A stretch of DNA of 64,000 nucleotides, from contig JAXDJX010000012.1 of the NCBI GenBank assembly GCA_034667405.1, forward strand, positions 43,766 through 107,765, in the 5' to 3' direction. This stretch comes from Actinomycetota bacterium. GTDB taxonomy: Bacteria; Actinomycetota; UBA4738; HRBIN12. Numbering within the stretch: the stretch's first letter is position 1; every line of letters begins with the position of its first letter. Positions 37,472 through 48,377 of this stretch are shown here, in pieces. A model generated the notes under the pieces. The model was not told where the DNA came from. It made no database searches and was given only the letters and a program-made list of their open reading frames with translations. Both the position numbers and the translations under genes were made by a program.

Positions 37472-38856
37472 GCCCCAACGGCCGGGGACACGGCGCCGTG
37501 GCATTCGCGTTCGTTGCGTTCGTCGCGGCGGGCGGGTTAGCGATCGATCACGGTCTGGGGATCCGCGCGCCGGCTGCGGCGCCGGCTAGCACGACGGACT
37601 CCGGGGCGTGGCTCTGTCCGCATGGTGGGGGACAGGGCTGGGAAGGCCGCCTCTACCTGGCCAACCCCGGATCGGCCCCTTCCACCGTCCGCGTGAGCGC
37701 GTTGTCGGCGAAGGGTTCGTCGGCCGTGGGGACCATGACGGTTGATCCCGGCACGACGACGGAGGTGACGGTCCCGGCCACCGCCAGGGAAGCGTCCACG
37801 TATGTGGAGTACTTCGGTGGGTGGATCGCGGCGGGGTGGCTCACGGTCTCCTCTGCGTCGCAGGGCACAGGGGTGGCTGCCGAGCCGTGTGCTCCTTCGA
37901 CGGATTCCCGCACGTGGTACACGGCGAACGGAAGCACGCCCAAAGGCGCGGGAGCCGATGTGATCATCATGAATCCCTACGGCGCGAACGCGATCTTCGA
38001 TGTCGTGCTATTCGCGGCGGACCGTGCCCCTGTTCGCCAGTCGGATGTGCAGCTGAAGCCGCACCGCAGCATGCTCGTCTCGATCCAGGACGTCTTCCCG
38101 CTGGAGGCGGCGGTGGGGTCGGAGATCGATGTGCACGCGGGCAGGGTAGGCGTGGCATCAGTGGATACGTCCGCGCAGAACGGCGTGGGGGCGGTGCTGG
38201 GGAGTACCTCGCCTGTGTCGTCCCTCACGGTCCCGCTGCTCGGCGGCAGCGGCCAACGATCGGTTTCGGTCACGGCTCCCGGGACGGACGGGATCAGATT
38301 CGACGGGACGGACCTGGCGGCGAACGTGACGCATCCACCGGGACTCTCCGATGCGCCGCAAGACCCGCAGACCGCGCAGTCCTACCCCGTGACAACCGCG
38401 GGCGCGTCGGGCCTCCGACTGGTCGGGCAACAGGGCACCGGTGGTTCGTTCGTGGCTGCGGTGAGTTCACTCGGTGAGGGGACTGACTTCGCCTCAACCG
38501 GAGGCGCTCCCGTGGGGAGTCCGGCCTGGATCGTGCTTCCCACCGTCGCCGGGGAGCCTTCGAAGCCCGGACTCGTCATCACGGACCCGGGCACCGAGGG
38601 GGCCACGGTGACGCTCCACGTCCTTGCCGCCGATGGTCCGAACGACGTGACCATCGATGTCGCCGCGGGCTCATCCGTGGATGTTCCTGCGGCGTTCCTT
38701 TCGGCAGATGAGACGGCGGGCATCCTGGTCACATCGACGGGCGGCGCGGTGATCCCTGCGGGCGCGTCCGAATCCTTGGGGATGCACGGCATCGCCGGAT
38801 ACGCGATCGCCGTCGGCATCCCTCTACCGAACCCGCCTCTACCGAACCCGGGATAG
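37468..38856 (+). CDS. secreted/anchored hypothetical protein (DUF5719-like by context)
   Basis: ATGA coupling to the large GT2 gene. N-terminal TM or signal, beta-rich and Thr/Ser/Gly-rich. The family name is from memory and not verified. Confidence 0.6.
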   Translation: MSPNGRGHGAVAFAFVAFVAAGGLAIDHGLGIRAPAAAPASTTDSGAWLCPHGGGQGWEGRLYLANPGSAPSTVRVSALSAKGSSAVGTMTVDPGTTTEVTVPATAREASTYVEYFGGWIAAGWLTVSSASQGTGVAAEPCAPSTDSRTWYTANGSTPKGAGADVIIMNPYGANAIFDVVLFAADRAPVRQSDVQLKPHRSMLVSIQDVFPLEAAVGSEIDVHAGRVGVASVDTSAQNGVGAVLGSTSPVSSLTVPLLGGSGQRSVSVTAPGTDGIRFDGTDLAANVTHPPGLSDAPQDPQTAQSYPVTTAGASGLRLVGQQGTGGSFVAAVSSLGEGTDFASTGGAPVGSPAWIVLPTVAGEPSKPGLVITDPGTEGATVTLHVLAADGPNDVTIDVAAGSSVDVPAAFLSADETAGILVTSTGGAVIPAGASESLGMHGIAGYAIAVGIPLPNPPLPNPG

Positions 38857-38874
38857 CTGCATCTAGCTGCATCT
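38821..38874 (+). repeat. two back-to-back perfect tandem microduplications (15 nt x2, then 10 nt x2)
   Basis: cctctaccgaacccg x2 at 38821-38850 encodes PLPNP twice. agctgcatct x2 at 38855-38874 straddles the TAG stop at 38854-38856. Confidence 0.9.
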
Positions 38875-38930
38875 TCGCGTGCGAGTGCCGTCGTATCATC
38901 CACTGGAGGCTCTTCGCAAAGCTCATCGCC

Positions 38931-40007
38931 ATGGCCAACGGAAAACACGCTACCCATCGCTGGAGCGCCCTCGTCATCGCCGTGGGCGTTTCTGTCGTGC
39001 TCGGCGTCGTTGCCGCAGGAGTCGCGTTCGCCGCGTACCGCTACGACCGGATCAACCGTGACCGGATCCTCCCGGGAGTGACCGTCGCCGGCGTCGACGT
39101 GAGCGGGCTAACCGCCGACGCTGCGAGCGCCGCGGTGAAACGTGCGCTCGCCCAGCGGCTGGACGCCCCGATCAAGATCACCGCCGGCGGAGAGACGTGG
39201 ACGACCTCGGCGTCGGCGCTGGGGGAGAGACTGAACGTCGCTGCGGCCATCGCGAAGGCCGAATCGGTGTCGGATGGCATGGGTTGGGTCGATCGGGTGT
39301 GGCACCGGGTCCATCACACGCCCGTTGGAGTGGACATCGACGTCGCCTCGCACTCGACCCCTGAGGGTGTCCGGTCGCTCGTCGACGAGATCGCCACCGC
39401 CACGAACGTCGGTGCACGCGACGCGGAGGTCAACCTGACTGGGAACAGCAGGGTCGCGTTCGTGCACGATCGGACGGGTCTCGCCCTCGACGAGAAGCGC
39501 GCCGTTCGGTCCATCCGAACGGCGCTTTCCCACGGTCAGACGCAGCTCTCGCTCGCGGTGGAGAAGGTCCAGCCGAAGGTCACGGACAAGGGTCTCGGCA
39601 CCACGGTGGTCGTCAGGATCGATCAGAACCGGCTCTATCTCTACCGGGGATTCCAGCAGATCAGGACGTACCCCGTCGCCACCGCGATGCCCGGGTTCAT
39701 CACGCCGGTCGGGGAATGGACCATCGTCGACAAGCAGGAGGATCCGACCTGGCATAACCCGGCACGGGATAGCTGGGGGGCGGGCGAGCCGGCGACGATC
39801 CCGCCAGGACCGAACAACCCGCTCGGCACCAGGGCGCTTTACCTCAACGCCCCGGGGATCCGGATCCACGGAACGCCGGCCACGTATTCGATCGGCACCT
39901 ACGCCTCCCACGGGTGCATCCGGATGACCATCTCTGATTCCGAAGCCCTGTACCCCTTGGTTCCGGTCGGTGCCCGCGTCATCATCGCCGGCCTCCGTCC
40001 CGTCTAA
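38931..40007 (+). CDS. L,D-transpeptidase (YkuD domain) with N-terminal anchor
   Basis: The C-terminal YkuD core has GTRALYLNAPGIRIHGT and the catalytic SHGCIRM. N-terminal TM. Confidence 0.9.
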   Translation: MANGKHATHRWSALVIAVGVSVVLGVVAAGVAFAAYRYDRINRDRILPGVTVAGVDVSGLTADAASAAVKRALAQRLDAPIKITAGGETWTTSASALGERLNVAAAIAKAESVSDGMGWVDRVWHRVHHTPVGVDIDVASHSTPEGVRSLVDEIATATNVGARDAEVNLTGNSRVAFVHDRTGLALDEKRAVRSIRTALSHGQTQLSLAVEKVQPKVTDKGLGTTVVVRIDQNRLYLYRGFQQIRTYPVATAMPGFITPVGEWTIVDKQEDPTWHNPARDSWGAGEPATIPPGPNNPLGTRALYLNAPGIRIHGTPATYSIGTYASHGCIRMTISDSEALYPLVPVGARVIIAGLRPV

Positions 40008-40204
40008 CTGTTTTCTCCCCCGACTGCCCTCCGTCGTTCGGACTGCGTATCGGCCATCCGGAGGGGCGTACGCACCCCCCCGGGCGAGCGCTTACGCATC
40101 GAGTGTCGCATGCAGAAATGGCCAAACCGGAGGGTCTACGGCGGCGAGGTGCCGTGCTATCGTCGAGCGAGTTTCGTCGGTCCCCTTCCCCCCCGGAGAG
40201 CGTG

Positions 40205-40387
40205 ATGACAACAAGCCCCGCAACATGCCCGAGCTGTGGCTCCGGCGATCTCATCAGCATCTCGATGACCGTGGCCGGTCGCGAGCTGGCCTTCACCACG
40301 TGCCACCTGTGCGAAGCGAAATGGTGGCACCGTGACGGCGAGCAAGTTCCGCTGCAGTCGGTCATCGGTCTCGTCGTTCCTAAGTAA
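40205..40387 (+). CDS. small four-Cys zinc-ribbon protein (DUF3499-like by context)
   Basis: ATG 40205 is preceded by CCGGAGAG. It has CPSC...CHLC. The position just upstream of pmm matches a conserved actinobacterial arrangement (from memory). Confidence 0.55.
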   Translation: MTTSPATCPSCGSGDLISISMTVAGRELAFTTCHLCEAKWWHRDGEQVPLQSVIGLVVPK

Positions 40388-40422
40388 CCTCGGCCCCCCT
40401 CCGTCAGTTCTCGTAGGATTCG

Positions 40423-41790
40423 GTGCCGATGGCACCGCACGATCTGGATCGGATCTTCAAGGCCTATGACGTACGTGGGGTCGTCCCCGACGACCTCGAC
40501 GCCGACCTCGTTCGCCGGATCGGTGGAGCGTTCGCCGAGTGGACGAAGGCTCCGGCCATCGTCGTGGGACGGGACTGCCGTATCTCTTCCCCGGAACTGG
40601 CCGCAGCCATCGCCGAAGGGGCCATCGCACGTGGGGTCGATGTCATCGATCTCGGCCTCGCCTCCACCGACCTCCTCTACTTCGCCGCAGGCAAACTCGA
40701 CATGCCGGGGGTCATGCTCACCGCGAGCCACAACCCCAAGCAGTACAACGGCCTGAAGTTCTGCCTCTCCGGCGCTCGTCCCGTGGGTGAAGAAACGGGC
40801 CTCCGAGAGATCCGTGACATGGTCGAACGGCCGGAGCCCCCACCGGCGGCCGCTCATGGGACCGTGGAACAGAGGTCGCTCCTGGATGCGTACGTGGAGC
40901 ACGTGTTGTCCTTCACCGATGTCGCAGCGATGCGGCCACTCGTCGTGGTGGCGGACACCGCGAACGGGATGGGCGGCCTGGTGGTGCCCGCGGTCATGGA
41001 GCGATTGCCCGTGACCCTCTTCCATCTCTACCCCGAACTTGACGGCACGTTCCCGAACCATCCGGCGGATCCGATCGACCCCGCCAACCAAGAGGATCTT
41101 CGCGCGGCGGTCCGCGAGCACCACGCGGATGTCGGCCTGGCGTTCGATGGTGATGCCGACCGCGTGTTCCTGGTGGACGAATTGGCCGAGGACGTCTCCG
41201 GCTCGCTCCTCACCGCGCTCGTGGCGGCCGCCATGCTCGACCGTGAACCGGGCGCCAAAGTCGTGCATAACCTCATCTGTTCGTGGACCGTTCCTGAGGT
41301 CATCCGCGAGCACGGCGGCGTTCCCATCCGCACCCGTGTGGGCCATTCGTTCATCAAGCAGGTCATGGCCGAAACCGGCGCGATCTTCGGTGGGGAGCAC
41401 TCGGGTCACTACTACTTCCGCGAGAACTACCGGGCGGACTCGGGGCTGATCGCCGCGGTGGTCGCCCTGGGCGAGCTGTCGAAGGCCGATGGTGGTCTGT
41501 CGGCCATGCTCGCGCCTTACCGCCGGTACGAGGACAGCGGGGAGATCAATTCGACCGTTCCGGACCAGGAGGCGAAGCTCGCCGAGATCGCCGCGGCCTA
41601 CGCGGATGGGCGTCAGGACCACCTTGACGGGCTCACGGTAGAGTTCACCGATTGGTGGTGCAACGTGCGGGCGTCGAACACCGAGCCGCTCCTCCGACTG
41701 AACGTCGAGGCTCGAACGCCCGAGTTGCTCGCAGCCAAGACCGCGGAGCTGCTTGCGATCATCCGCAGCGGCAAGGAAGGAGACGGATGA
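40423..41790 (+). CDS. phosphomannomutase/phosphoglucomutase
   Basis: Active-site TASHNPKQYNGLKF and metal loop FDGDADR. Confidence 0.93.
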   Translation: MPMAPHDLDRIFKAYDVRGVVPDDLDADLVRRIGGAFAEWTKAPAIVVGRDCRISSPELAAAIAEGAIARGVDVIDLGLASTDLLYFAAGKLDMPGVMLTASHNPKQYNGLKFCLSGARPVGEETGLREIRDMVERPEPPPAAAHGTVEQRSLLDAYVEHVLSFTDVAAMRPLVVVADTANGMGGLVVPAVMERLPVTLFHLYPELDGTFPNHPADPIDPANQEDLRAAVREHHADVGLAFDGDADRVFLVDELAEDVSGSLLTALVAAAMLDREPGAKVVHNLICSWTVPEVIREHGGVPIRTRVGHSFIKQVMAETGAIFGGEHSGHYYFRENYRADSGLIAAVVALGELSKADGGLSAMLAPYRRYEDSGEINSTVPDQEAKLAEIAAAYADGRQDHLDGLTVEFTDWWCNVRASNTEPLLRLNVEARTPELLAAKTAELLAIIRSGKEGDG

Positions 41791-41975
41791 GCCTCGACGC
41801 CGAACTTCTCGAGATCCTCGTATGCCCGAACGATCGCGGTGACGTCACCTACATCGAAGCCGAACAGGTCATCGTGTGTTCGGTGTGCGGGTACCGGTAT
41901 CCGGTCCGGGATGACATCCCCGTCATGCTCATCGACGAAGCCGAGAAGCCCGCCGCGGGCAAGAAGAAGAAGTGA
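41787..41975 (+). CDS. Trm112/UPF0434 family zinc-ribbon protein
   Basis: ATG 41787 overlaps the pmm stop (ATGA). It has LLEILVCP...CSVCGYRYPVRDDIPVML. Confidence 0.8.
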   Translation: MSLDAELLEILVCPNDRGDVTYIEAEQVIVCSVCGYRYPVRDDIPVMLIDEAEKPAAGKKKK

Positions 41976-43032
41976 TCGCGCTCGACGACGCCGCGGCCCT
42001 TCGAGCGGCCGACGGCGCCGGCATGCTCGACATCGTTGCCGCGTTCCCGACCGATTGCCGTACGTCCTACCGCGCAGCCGCCGCACGGACCGACCTCCCG
42101 TCGATGCGGGACATCACGTCCATCGTGTTCTGCGGGATGGGCGGGTCCGCCGTCGCCGGCGATCTGCTGCGCGCCGTCTTCAGAGACCGGCTGGGCGTCC
42201 CCATCGAAGTGAATCGCTCACCCGTGCTGCCGAACCATGCCGGTCCGAGCACCCTGGTTGCGGTCTGTTCGTATTCGGGGAACACGGCGGAGACACTCTC
42301 ATCGTTCAACGACGCCCTCTCTCGAGGCTGCCGTATCGCGGTCGTCACCTCCGGTGGCGCCGCGAAGGAGATAGCCGACGCGAAGGGCATCCCGGTCCTC
42401 ACGGTTGCCGGTGGGTACCAACCGCGCGCGGCGCTGGGTCATCTGGGGTTCGCGTGGCTCGGCGGGTTGGAGGCGATGGGTGTGCTACCTGCGCTCGCCG
42501 ACGAGGTCGAGGAGACGGTGTTGCTCCTGGAACGGCTCGTCGCGGGACTCGCGCCCGACGTGCCGAAGTCGGACAATCTAGCGAAGCAGATCGCCGAGAC
42601 CATCGGCGATCGCGTGCCGGTGGTGTGGGGGGCGGAAGGTGTGGCCTCCGTAGCCGCGATGCGGTGGAAGACCCAGCTCAACGAGAACGGCAAGGTTCCG
42701 GCGTTCTCGGCATCGATGTCCGAACTCGATCACAACGAGGTGGTCGGGTGGACACGTCCCTACGGCGAGCGCTTCGCGGTCCTCGCGCTGCGCACAGACG
42801 ACGAACACGCGGAGATCGCTCCGAGGTTCGCGCTCTCCGAGGAGATCGCAGTCGGTTCGGGGGCCGTCACCGCCGAAGTGCACTCGCAGGGGGATTCGCC
42901 CCTTGCCAGGCTCCTCACCCTCGTCTTCGTCGGCGACATGGCGAGCGTCTACGTGGGGCTTCGGCGCGGGGTGGACCCGACCCCCGTGGTGGCCATCGAC
43001 AAGCTCAAGGCCGCGCTGGCCGGGGACGGGAG

Positions 43033-43036
<4 letters not shown>
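41972..43036 (+). CDS. SIS-domain bifunctional phosphoglucose/phosphomannose isomerase-type protein
   Basis: GTG overlaps the upstream stop. SIS motif CGMGGSAVAGDLL and a second SIS-like half. Confidence 0.7.
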
Positions 43037-45127
<2,091 letters not shown>

Positions 45128-45742
45128 GTGAGTCACCGCCTCTCGATCCGAGCGCACTACGAACGGTTCCCGCTCAGCGTGAAGGGAGCCTTCGTGCTGC
45201 GCGCCGCCGACGGTGATCCCCACCAGGTGAAGATCCTCCGCGCGTTGGCTGCCGGCATGGACGGTGAAGGGGAGCGCTCTCTGGATCTCGAGGACGTCAC
45301 GCTCGAGGTCGCTCCCAACCTGGATCTGTTCGTCCCGTTCGAGGTCCCCCTCGCCGACCTGGGGCCCGGTTGGTACGGATTGCGGTGCGACCTGGCGATC
45401 GATGCGGACCCCGTGACCGTGCACCCGGGGAAGAGCTTCTCGGTGCCGTGGCCGAGGGCAACGACCCGGCGGGCCAACGTGGGCGTCGCGAAGGCACTGG
45501 GCGGGGTTCGGATCGACCATGTCGATTGCGTGGGCGACGCCATCAAGATCAGTTATGCAGGCGATGCTCCGGCCGATCTCCGCCTGTCCGCCGACGGCAG
45601 GACGCTTCCCGTCGTCGACAGCGAGTTCGATGAAGGCTCGGGCAAAGGGAAGGTCACGGCGTATCCCGTGCTCCGCTCCGACCGGTTACTGAAGATCGTC
45701 TCCAAGGGCGAGGAGCCCTTGGACGTCGCACTCCCTTCGTAG
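45128..45742 (+). CDS. hypothetical protein
   Basis: GTG lies immediately after the ahcY TAG. 204 aa, soluble, beta-rich, no recognised motif. Confidence 0.55.
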   Translation: MSHRLSIRAHYERFPLSVKGAFVLRAADGDPHQVKILRALAAGMDGEGERSLDLEDVTLEVAPNLDLFVPFEVPLADLGPGWYGLRCDLAIDADPVTVHPGKSFSVPWPRATTRRANVGVAKALGGVRIDHVDCVGDAIKISYAGDAPADLRLSADGRTLPVVDSEFDEGSGKGKVTAYPVLRSDRLLKIVSKGEEPLDVALPS

Positions 45743-45786
45743 CCAACCGGCAACGATGTCGGAGCCCGGCCGTAGCGTGATCCGGG

Positions 45787-46587
45787 ATGAAGCTCTCGGA
45801 CGTCCTGTTCCCGCGCCGGTGCGCGGGGTGCCGCGACGGGCCATGGCCCTTCTGCGACGACTGTCGCGCGGAACTGACCCCCTTGGAGTCGCCGTGGTGT
45901 GAGCGGTGTGGACGGCCCACCTCGGCCCCTGCCCTCACGTGTCGTGATTGTCCCGATCGGCCGCTCACCTCCGCGAGAGCGCCGTTCCGGTTCGACGGTC
46001 CAGCCAGGGCGGCGGTGCATCGATTGAAATACGCGGGCTGGCAGGACGTTGGATCGGCGCTCGCCCGGGCGATGGCCACCGTGGGACCTGCGCCCGGGGC
46101 GCGTGATGCGCTGGCGGTGGCATGGGTGCCGTTGGCGCGCGCGAGGTTGGCTGCGCGCGGCTATGACCAGGCGCGCGTGCTTGCTCGGGGGCTCGGACGC
46201 GAGTTGGACCTTCCCGTACAACGGCTCCTCAAACGAACCATCAGCACCGGGCCGCAGGCACGCCGAGGCGGCGCCGAACGTCGGGCGGCCCTGCGGGGCG
46301 CGTTCGTTGCGACCGACCGGTGTCCGTCGACGGTGTTGCTGGTGGACGACGTGCTCACGACCGGAGCAACGGCTGCCTCGTGCGCGCGGGCCCTGATGGG
46401 CGCGGGCGCACGGGAGGTGCACCTGGTGGTCGCCGCGCGGGCATTCAGGGGTCCGCTGCGTTCGACGTCGGCCGGACGGCCCATGCCGCGAAGGGCCGAG
46501 GGACGGGTTCCTCGGGAAGGGGGTCGTGCCTATACTCGAACGGGCTCTCGTCCGGGTCTGTGGTTGCCCGGGGATATTCCTCGGTAG
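45787..46587 (+). CDS. comF: ComF-family phosphoribosyltransferase-like protein
   Basis: N-terminal double CxxC zinc finger (CAGC...CDDC, CERC...CRDC) and PRTase motif VLLVDDVLTTGATA. Confidence 0.85.
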   Translation: MKLSDVLFPRRCAGCRDGPWPFCDDCRAELTPLESPWCERCGRPTSAPALTCRDCPDRPLTSARAPFRFDGPARAAVHRLKYAGWQDVGSALARAMATVGPAPGARDALAVAWVPLARARLAARGYDQARVLARGLGRELDLPVQRLLKRTISTGPQARRGGAERRAALRGAFVATDRCPSTVLLVDDVLTTGATAASCARALMGAGAREVHLVVAARAFRGPLRSTSAGRPMPRRAEGRVPREGGRAYTRTGSRPGLWLPGDIPR

Positions 46588-46599
46588 TCGACGCCAGCC

Positions 46600-46795
46600 G
46601 CGGGCGAAACGACCCACGTAAGGCGACCGTTGGTCGCTGAGCATGGCGCGGTTTAGATGTAAGTCCTGCCCCGGAGCCGGTTCGCCGGTTCCCGGGAGAG
46701 GGTGGGAAGCGGCTCCGATAGGAGCCAGCCAGCGCCCCGGCAGGCGGGTGTGGGGCCAAAGACCAGGTCAGCCGGAACGGGAGCCCACCGATCGG
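46600..46795 (+). ncRNA. candidate raiA-motif structured RNA (boundaries approximate)
   Basis: The 222-nt comF-hpf spacer is packed with stems: 46623-46637, 46670-46696 (UUCG loop), and 46711-46726 (GGCUCC-GAUA-GGAGCC). GCCCC at 46733-37 pairs with GGGGC at 46752-56. Enclosing GGUGGG at 46701-06 pairs with CCCACC at 46784-89. The context matches the published raiA motif. No covariance model was run. Confidence 0.5.
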
Positions 46796-46809
46796 CGACG
46801 GAGGAGCGG

Positions 46810-47172
46810 ATGGAACTGACGTTCACCGGACGAGGGATGCAGATCACCGATGAGATCAGGGCGATCGCCGCCCACAAGGTGGCCCCGATGGCTCGGATGG
46901 AGCCGAGGGCCACGCGGGTCGATCTGGAGATCATCGCGGCACATCATCCGAAGCCCGGGACGGCGCGCGTCGAGGCGGCGCTCGCGATCCCACGCAGGAC
47001 GTTCCGGGCACACGGTGAGGGACACGACGTCTCGTCGGCCATCGATGAGGTGGTAGCGCGGCTGGAGCGTCAGCTCCGCGACCATCACGGGAAGCGGAGA
47101 GCGATGCTGCACAAGGGTAATGGGCTAGAATCCGCTCACCTGAGTCCGGCACCAGCCGAAACCTCGGAGTAG
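46810..47172 (+). CDS. hpf: ribosome hibernation factor, short HPF/RaiA-type (no C-terminal dimerisation domain)
   Basis: ATG 46810 is preceded by GGAGGAG. The S30AE fold pattern is MELTFTGRGMQITDEIRAIAAHKV...AIDEVVARLERQLR. Only 120 aa. Confidence 0.85.
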   Translation: MELTFTGRGMQITDEIRAIAAHKVAPMARMEPRATRVDLEIIAAHHPKPGTARVEAALAIPRRTFRAHGEGHDVSSAIDEVVARLERQLRDHHGKRRAMLHKGNGLESAHLSPAPAETSE

Positions 47173-47192
47173 CCGCTCTAGAGGGGGGATCC

Positions 47193-47876
47193 GTGTCCAA
47201 GGAAGCCGACGCGTCCGAGAAGCTCCGAGTCCTGGTGGTCGACGACCACGCGCTGTTCCGACGGGGGCTCGAGATGGTGCTCCAGCAGGAGCCGGACCTC
47301 GAACTCGTCGGTGAAGCCTCAGACGGGGCCGAGGCCATCGAGAAGGCCCAGGAACTCATGCCGGATGTCATCCTCATGGATGTTCGGATGCCGAAACGCT
47401 CCGGTATCGAAGCCGCCGGCAGCATCCGGGATCTCCTGCCGCACGTGAAGATCCTCATGCTCACCATCAGCGACGAGGAAGCTGATCTCTACGACGCCAT
47501 CAAGGCCGGTGCCAGTGGTTACCTCCTCAAGGAGATCCCCATCGAAGAGGTTGCCGACGCGATCAGAAGCGTCTGGGCCGGCCAGTCGCGCATCAGCCCG
47601 TCGATGGCCTCGAAGCTCCTCACGGAGTTCGCGGCGATGTCGAAGACGGCGCAGGAGCGACCGCAGATGCCGGCGCCCCGGCTCACCGACCGCGAGATGG
47701 AGGTGCTCCGCCTGGTCGCCCAAGGTCTCAACAACCGGGACATCGCGAAGGAACTCTTCATCTCCGAGAACACGGTCAAGAACCACATCCGTAACATCTT
47801 GGAGAAATTGCACCTGCACTCCCGTATGGAGGCGGTCGTCTACGCCGTGCGCGAGAAGATGATCGAGATCAGCTGA
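47193..47876 (+). CDS. NarL/LuxR-family response regulator (no adjacent kinase)
   Basis: Intact REC (VVDDH, ILMDVRMP, MLTISD, YLLKEIP) and a LuxR HTH (LTDREMEVLRLVAQGLNNRDIAKELFISENTVKNHIRNIL). Confidence 0.92.
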   Translation: MSKEADASEKLRVLVVDDHALFRRGLEMVLQQEPDLELVGEASDGAEAIEKAQELMPDVILMDVRMPKRSGIEAAGSIRDLLPHVKILMLTISDEEADLYDAIKAGASGYLLKEIPIEEVADAIRSVWAGQSRISPSMASKLLTEFAAMSKTAQERPQMPAPRLTDREMEVLRLVAQGLNNRDIAKELFISENTVKNHIRNILEKLHLHSRMEAVVYAVREKMIEIS

Positions 47877-47878
47877 GC

Positions 47879-48349
47879 GTGTCCGATCCGATGATCGCCG
47901 CCGCCCGCGAGGAGCTGGATGAGGCCCTCGACGAACTGCGGACCGTGGTTGTCGGCCTTGACCGCGACTCGCTCAACCGCCTCCCGCTTCCGCAGGACAC
48001 GAATAGTCTCGCCGTGCTGGTCGTGCACGGGGTTGCAAGTACGAGGTCGTGGCTCAGCCTTGCTACCGGTGCGCCCTTCCCCGACCGCGACCGGGACGCC
48101 GAGTTCCGTACTGTCGTAGAGGATCCCGCGGTGTTCCTCGCGGAGTTCGACGCCGCGGCCGAGGCGTGTCGTGAACTCCTTTCCCCTGAGGTTGTCTTCG
48201 ATCCCGCGCGTGAGGGCACGGGCCCCTGGCGCGTACGCGAACTCGCCAGCGAAAACGTTTCGGCGGCGGCGGCGCTCCTTCACGCGCTGGCCCATCTGAA
48301 CGAGCACGTCGGTCATGCGCAACTGACCCGCCAGCTCTGGAAGGTGTGA
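47879..48349 (+). CDS. DinB-superfamily protein
   Basis: Four-helix pattern with candidate His ligands (VVHGV, HLNEHVGH). Weak motif-level call. Confidence 0.5.
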   Translation: MSDPMIAAAREELDEALDELRTVVVGLDRDSLNRLPLPQDTNSLAVLVVHGVASTRSWLSLATGAPFPDRDRDAEFRTVVEDPAVFLAEFDAAAEACRELLSPEVVFDPAREGTGPWRVRELASENVSAAAALLHALAHLNEHVGHAQLTRQLWKV

Positions 48350-48377
48350 CCCGCGGGCACCCGGTAGGCTCGACGGC

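Noticed and set aside
46763-46786. SRP-RNA-like string CCAGGUCAGCCGGAACGGGAGCC in the hpf leader
   Set aside because: It resembles the 4.5S domain IV sequence, but it lacks the GNRA tetraloop geometry and the symmetric-loop AGCA partner. The location between comF and hpf fits the raiA motif better.
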